Source: Puniceicoccales bacterium (GTDB lineage Bacteria > Verrucomicrobiota > Verrucomicrobiia > Opitutales > JAIRKQ01). From it: a DNA stretch of 9,526 bases. Below, in pieces: positions 1 to 4,272 of the stretch. Below the pieces are notes generated by a model, which did not search any database, was not told where the DNA came from, and was given only the letters and a program-made list of their open reading frames with translations. Where the stretch lies: positions 1 to 9,526 of the forward strand of contig JAISYR010000027.1 in the NCBI GenBank assembly GCA_031269795.1. Reading direction: 5' to 3'. The translations under genes were made by a program, and so were the position numbers. The first letter of the stretch is position 1. Every line of letters begins with the position of its first letter.

Positions 1-148
1 ACCACATACGTTTAACTTCTCCATCCCACATTTTATTTATTTTTTGAGATGGGATTTTTATACATTTTTTATACATAAAGTTTTCCCGCCATCTTACTTT
101 CACATCCACCTATCCCCCGCAAGGCCTGAATTTATGGATCTTACATCC
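1..148. repeat. tRNA-3'-flanking conserved module, copy A (adjacent to tRNA-Asn; similarity reaches window edge)
   Basis: Aligns without gaps to 3953-4101 at a constant offset of 3952. Hand count: 95/135 identical over 3-137. Near-perfect blocks: 3-9 CACATAC, 33-59 (27/27 identical), 111-137 (25/27). Confidence 0.85.
55..76. repeat. Perfect tandem duplication of the 11-mer TTTTTATACAT (55-65, 66-76)
   Basis: Read directly from the sequence. The equivalent position in copy B (4007-4028) holds a different 11-mer, also duplicated. Confidence 0.9.
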
Positions 149-223
<75 letters not shown>

Positions 224-234
224 ATACGTGAACT

Positions 235-264
235 TTTATAAAGGCAATGCTAGTGCAATGTCAA
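235..264 (-). promoter_or_regulatory. Putative sigma70-type promoter of tRNA-Asn
   Basis: Minus strand reads TTGACA (264-259), a 17-18 nt spacer, then TTATAA/TATAAA (241-235). The -10 ends about 10 nt before the tRNA 5' end at 223. Confidence 0.55.
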
Positions 265-494
265 CAGGAAAAATAACGCCTTCCATGCTTACCATGGCCA
301 TTTAATTTTTTACCATAGAAGAACAAAAGAGTAAGCAAGTGGCAATGGAAAAAATGGACAGTTCAAGGGAAAGGTTGGAAAAGTGGGAAGACTCGACGAC
401 TGCCTTCGGACAAAGATACGGTTCGGTGGCACATGCTAGCAGCCCTAATTGCTGATTTTTAACGGGGTATTGGGTATATAAAAGTATCATAAAA

Positions 495-1616
495 ATGTTG
501 CAGTTTTTTGTGAAAACGTATCACGTTTTGGTCATGAATATTTCCATACAATCTACGCGACGAAACGAAAAAATTCTTGGCATAGAAGTACTACGATTTT
601 TGTGTGCATGTTCCATTCTTGTGTGGCATTATTGGCATTTTGCATTCGGAAATGACCTGGCCGTCAGACAGGATCAACCATTCTACGCCTTTCTTAGATT
701 TTTTTACACAAAGGGACACTATGCTGTACAAATTTTCTGGATGATCAGCGGGTACATATTCTTTTGGAAGTACAAAAATGCAATTGCTGACCGCAGCGTT
801 GGGTTTAGAAAATTTTGCATATTAAGAATTTCCAGGCTATACCCGTTACATGCTATAACATTACTATTAGTCCTTGTCATGCAGTATCTTTTTTTGGCTA
901 AAAATGGGAAGTTTTTCATATACTCCGATAATGGGGTAAAATCTTTTATTTTACAAATTTTCATGGCTAACTTTTGGCCAATCAATGCAATCCATAGTTT
1001 TAACGCACCCATATGGTCAGTTTCCCTAGAAATTATGGTGTATTTTATTTTCTTTTTCTGTACCCGTTATTTGGGACAACGCATATGGCAAGTTTTGCCA
1101 ATATTTGGGTCGGCGCTGCTCCTATTGTTAATTTCTGGGTGTAAAAATGTTTTCTGGTGCACGCTATTTTTCTATGCCGGTGGGTTGGTAAACTATGTGC
1201 AAGAATTTATGCAAAATATTCCCAAACAGCGGCGGAAGGCTATGCTGAAGAATGTCCTTATCCTAATGGCTGAAATGGTGTGTTGTCTTAAAATATTACA
1301 TGCGGACCGAGCTTTTCGCCTAATGTTGTGTGGTGCCGTTGCCATATACGTGTTTGTGGAGTATGTAAAAATTCCATCAAATTTTGAAAAATTCGTTGAA
1401 ATGCTTGGAAATTTGACATATTCGTGCTACCTTATCCATTTCCCAATTCAATTGGGAATAGCCCTCATTTATTCGCATATGGGCAGGGTAATTCCCTTCG
1501 AAAGCCACATTTTCTTTCTGACATTTTTTGCCATCACATTGGTGATGTCCAGAATAGTTTTTGTCAAATTTGAAGCCACTGCCATGAAGAAGATAAGAAA
1601 GGTATTTCTTGGCTGA
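495..1616 (+). CDS. Acyltransferase family 3 (OafA/Oac-like) integral membrane protein
   Basis: 373-aa ORF, hydrophobic throughout with many predicted TM segments. The N-terminal motif ILGIEVLRFLCACSILVWHYWHF resembles the conserved R...H signature of the acyltransferase_3 family. An alternative start is ATG 534 (MNISIQ...). No SD at either start. Confidence 0.8.
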   Translation: MLQFFVKTYHVLVMNISIQSTRRNEKILGIEVLRFLCACSILVWHYWHFAFGNDLAVRQDQPFYAFLRFFYTKGHYAVQIFWMISGYIFFWKYKNAIADRSVGFRKFCILRISRLYPLHAITLLLVLVMQYLFLAKNGKFFIYSDNGVKSFILQIFMANFWPINAIHSFNAPIWSVSLEIMVYFIFFFCTRYLGQRIWQVLPIFGSALLLLLISGCKNVFWCTLFFYAGGLVNYVQEFMQNIPKQRRKAMLKNVLILMAEMVCCLKILHADRAFRLMLCGAVAIYVFVEYVKIPSNFEKFVEMLGNLTYSCYLIHFPIQLGIALIYSHMGRVIPFESHIFFLTFFAITLVMSRIVFVKFEATAMKKIRKVFLG

Positions 1617-1734
1617 CAATCAATTGGCGTAAATCTCGAGCCATAGGTCAGTCAGGGTGGGATAGGTTACGATAATGGCTTAAAAAGTCATTTAATAGTC
1701 GATTTTCTTGGAAAGAAGTACAGAATGCAGAAAA

Positions 1735-3156
1735 ATGGTTCTGCGCAAAAAAGAAATATTGGTCCGGCTTATCCGGATGTTCAATGGTCAAAATTTTTCA
1801 GAAAACATTGGACAAATTTCCCATGAACACGAGCAAGATTCGAAAGAAGTCGCGGTCTGTCGAGCTCTGGCCATGAGTATTTTGGGCCTAGCATTGGAAG
1901 GGGATGATGGCAAAGAATCGCTGGACCAATGCGCTCAGCGAGCTTTGAAACGTGAAAAACCTTCTTCGCCACCCCTAACCGTGCTCCACTGTGCATGCAA
2001 TGGGTGCAAAACCAGCCACATACACGTTACCGATTTATGTCAAAACTGTACAAAAAAACCATGCGTAGCCGCCTGTCGATTCCATGCAATTAGCAATGAT
2101 GGGAAGCGGTCGGCCATTGATGCAAAAAGTTGTAAAAAATGTAGTGCGTGCCTGCGTGCTTGCCCCTACGGTGCCATTGTTAAAACCATTGTCCCCTGCG
2201 AAAATGTTTGCCCGATTGATGCCATTGCGAAGGACGAAACTGGGCGTGCAGTGATTGATTTCACCAAATGTATCAGCTGTGGAAAATGTATGGCTGCTTG
2301 CCCATTCGAAGCCATTCAGGTCAGAAGTCAAGTTATCGATGTGCTTAGGGCCATGAAATCCGAGAGAAAAGTGATAGCTTTGATGGCTCCCGCATTATTT
2401 GGACAGTTCAAATGTTCCGCAGAACAGCTGCATGGTGCCATGAAAAAAATTGGATTTTCCCTTGTCTACGAAGTTGCCATTGGAGCAGAATCCACGTCGT
2501 TGCATGAGGCAAAAGATCTGGAAGAACGCCTATCCAGAGGTGAAAAATTTATGACAACATCCTGTTGTGCCGCCTACAACAATCTCGTGAAGAAACATAT
2601 TCCAGATTTAAAACCGTTCGTTTCATCCTCCGGCACACCACTATTTTATACGGCGGAGCGTGTGCGGAAGGAGCATGGAAACGGTGTTTTGGTTTTCATT
2701 AGTCCGTGTGTGGCCAAATATGAGGAAGTATTTGCAAATGAAAAGATTGATTTTGTTCTTAGCTGTGAAGAGGTTGAAGCATTATTTGAAGCATTTTCAA
2801 TTATCCCCAGCGAATGTGAAGGAGAAGCATTTCCATACCAAACGGCACGGGAAGCAAGGGAGTTTGCCGTAAGCGGTGGTGTTTCCCGGGCGGTGCAAAG
2901 TGTTCTAGACCCTAACGGGAAAGAAGTAATGTTTACACCTATTAATGGACTGGATCGCGAAGTTGTGAAGGATTTGAAACGTTTTGCCAAAGTTGAGGAA
3001 TGTGAAAAGGGGACCGTATTGGAAGTAATGTCATGCCAGGGGGGATGCATTGGCGGTGGACTGGTCTGTTGTCCGATTGCTACCGCCCTTAGGCAAGTTA
3101 AAAATTATGGGGAAAAAGGACCACCCCTATCGCGGGACCATTTGATTCTCCGTTAA
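1735..3156 (+). CDS. [FeFe]-hydrogenase-type protein, monomeric group-B-like (4Fe-4S ferredoxin domains plus H-cluster domain)
   Basis: Two CxxCxxCxxxCP motifs (CKKCSACLRACP, CISCGKCMAACP) and CQNCTKKPCVAAC. H-cluster-type motifs are FMTTSCCAAY (L1), FISPCVAKYEE (L2) and EVMSCQGGCIGGG (L3). The ORF track starts at TTG 1708; I prefer the in-frame ATG at 1735. Confidence 0.85.
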   Translation: MVLRKKEILVRLIRMFNGQNFSENIGQISHEHEQDSKEVAVCRALAMSILGLALEGDDGKESLDQCAQRALKREKPSSPPLTVLHCACNGCKTSHIHVTDLCQNCTKKPCVAACRFHAISNDGKRSAIDAKSCKKCSACLRACPYGAIVKTIVPCENVCPIDAIAKDETGRAVIDFTKCISCGKCMAACPFEAIQVRSQVIDVLRAMKSERKVIALMAPALFGQFKCSAEQLHGAMKKIGFSLVYEVAIGAESTSLHEAKDLEERLSRGEKFMTTSCCAAYNNLVKKHIPDLKPFVSSSGTPLFYTAERVRKEHGNGVLVFISPCVAKYEEVFANEKIDFVLSCEEVEALFEAFSIIPSECEGEAFPYQTAREAREFAVSGGVSRAVQSVLDPNGKEVMFTPINGLDREVVKDLKRFAKVEECEKGTVLEVMSCQGGCIGGGLVCCPIATALRQVKNYGEKGPPLSRDHLILR

Positions 3157-3225
3157 ATTTATGAAAAAGAAACCTGTGAATGGGGTTGCGGTCAGCCTTT
3201 TTGAGGTTTGTGGGTTCGGGTTCAT
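3127..3225 (-). other. Orphan 32-codon ORF with a strong SD (possible 5' stub of a deleted element gene)
   Basis: Minus strand reads AGGAGGTGAatcATG with the ATG at 3225. Translation is MNPNPQTSKRLTATPFTGFFFINLTENQMVPR*. It runs antisense across the hydrogenase stop at 3156. No homology recognised. Confidence 0.3.
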
Positions 3226-3363
3226 GATTCACCTCCTGAAACATTGAGTTTTTGAGCTTTGCAGAGCTTGACGGTGGCGGTAATTTCCTTCCGGATTTTT
3301 ATAAACTTCATCGGGTCTTCACCAAGAAACAATCGATGCTTCCTTCCGGGTGAGGTAGGTGCA
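3222..3363 (-). pseudogene. Third excisionase-family HTH module, split by a frameshift
   Basis: TYLTRKEA (frame of ORF 3319-3618) is followed by 7 nt (tcgattg, 3336-3330). FLGEDPMKFIKIRKEITATVKLCKAQKLNVSGGES* then continues in the frame of track ORF 3222-3422. The sister modules have exactly 2 codons (6 nt) between EA and the F/Y-L residues, so a 1-nt insertion explains the split. Confidence 0.45.
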
Positions 3364-3618
3364 GATGCCTTTCTGGTCCCATCCCGATTTCGGCTGGGAG
3401 AATTTTTCATCAAAACTTCCACCTTTGGTCTGGGGACGAACTAGCCCATCGAGGTCTTCCTTGGTATAAAGCACTTTCCCGCCAAGTTTATGAGAAGGAA
3501 TGTGTTTGTGGTTATCCCTCAACATAGCCGGCGATACGCGTAGATATTTCGCCGCTTCTTCCCGGGTGAGGTAGGTATGAGGGGTTGTCAATGATGATTG
3601 GGAGATATTTTCGTTCAT
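3319..3618 (-). CDS. Excisionase/AlpA-type helix-turn-helix protein (HTH_17-like), module 2
   Basis: TYLTREEAAKYLRVSPAMLRDNHKHIPSHKLGGKVLYTKEDLDGLV fits the excisionase-family HTH pattern. ATG 3618 is preceded by GGAGGGAGAGT (strong SD). The track start at GTG 3636 is less likely. The C-terminus ends in a truncated repeat of its own HTH start (TYLTRKEAS). Confidence 0.75.
   Translation of the reverse strand: MNENISQSSLTTPHTYLTREEAAKYLRVSPAMLRDNHKHIPSHKLGGKVLYTKEDLDGLVRPQTKGGSFDEKFSQPKSGWDQKGICTYLTRKEASIVSW
3338..3360. repeat. 23-bp direct repeat, copy 1 (gcttccttccgggtgaggtaggt)
   Basis: 21/23 identical to 3554-3576, which lies 216 bp away. It encodes the TYLTR(K/E)EA start of HTH modules 3 and 2. 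Confidence 0.85.
3554..3576. repeat. 23-bp direct repeat, copy 2 (gcttcttcccgggtgaggtaggt)
   Basis: Partner of 3338-3360. Confidence 0.85.
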
Positions 3619-3854
3619 ACTCTCCCTCCTATCCACTCTGCGTTAGTATGCGATAGGGATTCTATGAATTCGACGAGGTCTTGTTTTAGGAATCTTCTGT
3701 ATCTTCCTATTTTTACAGATTTTAGCCGGGGGTATTTATTTGTACTTAACCAAAACGACAGAATACTTGTTTTTATTCCAAGAAACCTTGCCGCTTCCTT
3801 GACATTTAACAGATTTTCGTTATAATCTTTATTTGTTTGCTGCGCATTAATACA
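3615..3854 (-). pseudogene. Excisionase/AlpA-type HTH ORF (module 1) with no canonical start codon; pseudogene or non-canonical initiation
   Basis: Hand translation stop-to-stop: CINAQQTNKDYNENLLNVKEAARFLGIKTSILSFWLSTNKYPRLKSVKIGRYRRFLKQDLVEFIESLSHTNAEWIGGRV*. This is a classic HTH_17 pattern. It has no in-frame ATG, GTG or TTG, so it is absent from the ORF track. Its TGA overlaps the module 2 ATG as ATGA (3618-3615). Confidence 0.6.
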
Positions 3855-3910
3855 CTACTCGTAACCATAAGTAGGCGCTAGTTTGTGAAGATCTTGTAAA
3901 ATTTCAAACT

Positions 3911-3939
3911 TTTTTATCAGTATTTAAACATTTTTACAA
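3911..3939 (-). promoter_or_regulatory. Candidate promoter for the HTH array
   Basis: Minus strand reads TTGTAA (3939-3934), 17 nt, then TAAAAA (3916-3911), followed by AGTTTGA, which resembles the tRNA upstream motif. An 8-bp palindrome AAGATCTT (3888-3895) lies just downstream. Confidence 0.3.
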
Positions 3940-3952
3940 AGGCTATATACCC

Positions 3953-4101
3953 ATCACATACATCTACTTTTCCTACTTCCCAACTTATTTATTTTTTGAG
4001 ATGGGATTTTTGTCCATATTTTGTCCATGGACTTTTCTTGATACTCTGTTTTGTGCTTCCATTATCCCCCGCTAGGCCTGAATTTGTGGGACTTTTACGG
4101 C
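3953..4101. repeat. tRNA-3'-flanking conserved module, copy B (adjacent to tRNA-Gln)
   Basis: Partner of 1-148. Blocks are 3955-3961, 3985-4011 and 4063-4089. Block-to-block spacing is identical to copy A (30 and 78 nt). Distance to the tRNA 3' end differs by 1 nt. Confidence 0.85.
4007..4028. repeat. Tandem 11-mers TTTTTGTCCAT / ATTTTGTCCAT
   Basis: Read directly from the sequence. Same position and phase as the TTTTTATACAT pair in copy A. Confidence 0.9.
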
Positions 4102-4175
4102 TGGCTGCCTGACCAGGGTTCGAACCTAGACAAACTGGACCAAAACCAGTTGTGCTACCATTACACCATCAGGCA
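4102..4175 (-). tRNA. tRNA-Gln (anticodon TTG)
   Basis: Reverse complement reads TGCCTGA-TG-GTGT-AATGGTA-GCAC-A-ACTGG-TTTTGGT-CCAGT-TTGT-CTAGG-TTCGAAC-CCTGG-TCAGGCA-G-CCA. Anticodon loop is TTTTGGT and CCA is encoded. Length 74 nt. Confidence 0.95.
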
Positions 4176-4212
4176 ATCAAAACTTTTATTTAACGTTGCC
4201 GCTAAATGCGGG

Positions 4213-4242
4213 TTTTTAAAACATTCTACTTGGCAAAGTCAA
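4213..4242 (-). promoter_or_regulatory. Candidate promoter of tRNA-Gln
   Basis: Minus strand reads TTGACT (4242-4237), 17-18 nt, then TTAAAA/TAAAAA (4219-4213). An alternative proximal -10-like AATAAA/TAAATA at about 4187-4192 aligns with the tRNA-Asn -10 but has no good -35. Confidence 0.3.
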
Positions 4243-4258
4243 GTGTAAGCAATATTTA
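4230..4258 (+). promoter_or_regulatory. Candidate hemW promoter (very short leader)
   Basis: TTGGCA (4230-4235), 17 nt, then TATTTA (4253-4258). Only 14 nt separate it from ATG 4273 and there is no SD. Confidence 0.35.
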
Positions 4259-4272
4259 TCCTAGCAATCGGG

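Larger units (their letters stand above)
3127..4101 (-). mobile_element. Putative decayed integrative-element remnant abutting the 3' end of tRNA-Gln (no integrase present)
   Basis: Composite of the conserved tRNA-flank module, tandem 11-mers, three excisionase-type HTH modules in different states of decay, and a strong-SD orphan stub. All are on the tRNA strand. The SD usage contrasts with flanking genes. Confidence 0.4.

Noticed and set aside
24-55. Inverted repeat ATCCCA...TGGGAT (6 bp, about 22-nt AT-rich loop) inside the conserved block, as a tRNA terminator
   Set aside because: The stem is short with a very large loop and no following U-run in tRNA sense. In copy B it is reduced to 5 bp. 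It is more likely incidental or a protein-binding dyad.
55-76. Tandem 11-mers as a CRISPR or minisatellite array
   Set aside because: There are only two contiguous units with no spacers, and no cas genes are present. This is not a CRISPR architecture.
302-490. 62-aa minus-strand ORF, and a 37-codon plus-strand ORF (345-458, MEKMDSSRERLEKWEDS...), in the tRNA-Asn/acyltransferase spacer
   Set aside because: Neither has an SD, a recognisable motif or supporting conservation visible here. The spacer may hold promoters or a small RNA, but I could not find a convincing structure or promoter.
3209-3225. GGGTTCG(GGTTC) near the proposed distal junction, as a possible partial copy of the tRNA-Gln T-loop (attR-like)
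   Set aside because: Only a 7-nt exact match (gggttcg). Chance occurrence is plausible in a search space of about 100 nt, so it is not enough to call a direct repeat.
3319-3321. TGA read-through or recoding at the end of module 2 as an explanation for the downstream HTH-like sequence
   Set aside because: The continuation in the same frame (RPDEVYKNPEG...) is not HTH-like. TGA is used as a normal stop by the acyltransferase and alaS, so a frameshift fits better.
3222-3422. Track ORF 3222-3422 (-) as an independent 66-aa gene starting MEVLMKNSPSRNRDG
   Set aside because: Its 5' two-thirds overlap the module 2 frame and look arbitrary. Only the 3' part (FLGEDPM...) resembles an HTH, so it is better explained as the frameshifted tail of module 3.
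3598-3825. 75-aa plus-strand ORF listed in the track
   Set aside because: The minus strand over the same span translates to a textbook excisionase-type HTH (module 1), so the plus-strand ORF is its antisense shadow.
3955-4028. Short minus-strand ORFs starting at the first 11-mer ATG in both modules (MYKKCIKIPSQKINK... in copy A; MDKIWTKIPSQKINKLGSRKSRCM* in copy B)
   Set aside because: The shared KIPSQKINK simply reflects the identical 27-nt DNA block. An 11-nt repeat unit is not codon-periodic, and the sequences diverge completely after the block. Conservation is at the DNA level, not the peptide level.
4051-4248. 65-aa plus-strand ORF spanning tRNA-Gln
   Set aside because: It overlaps a canonical tRNA in antisense and the conserved non-coding module. 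No coding signal is apparent.
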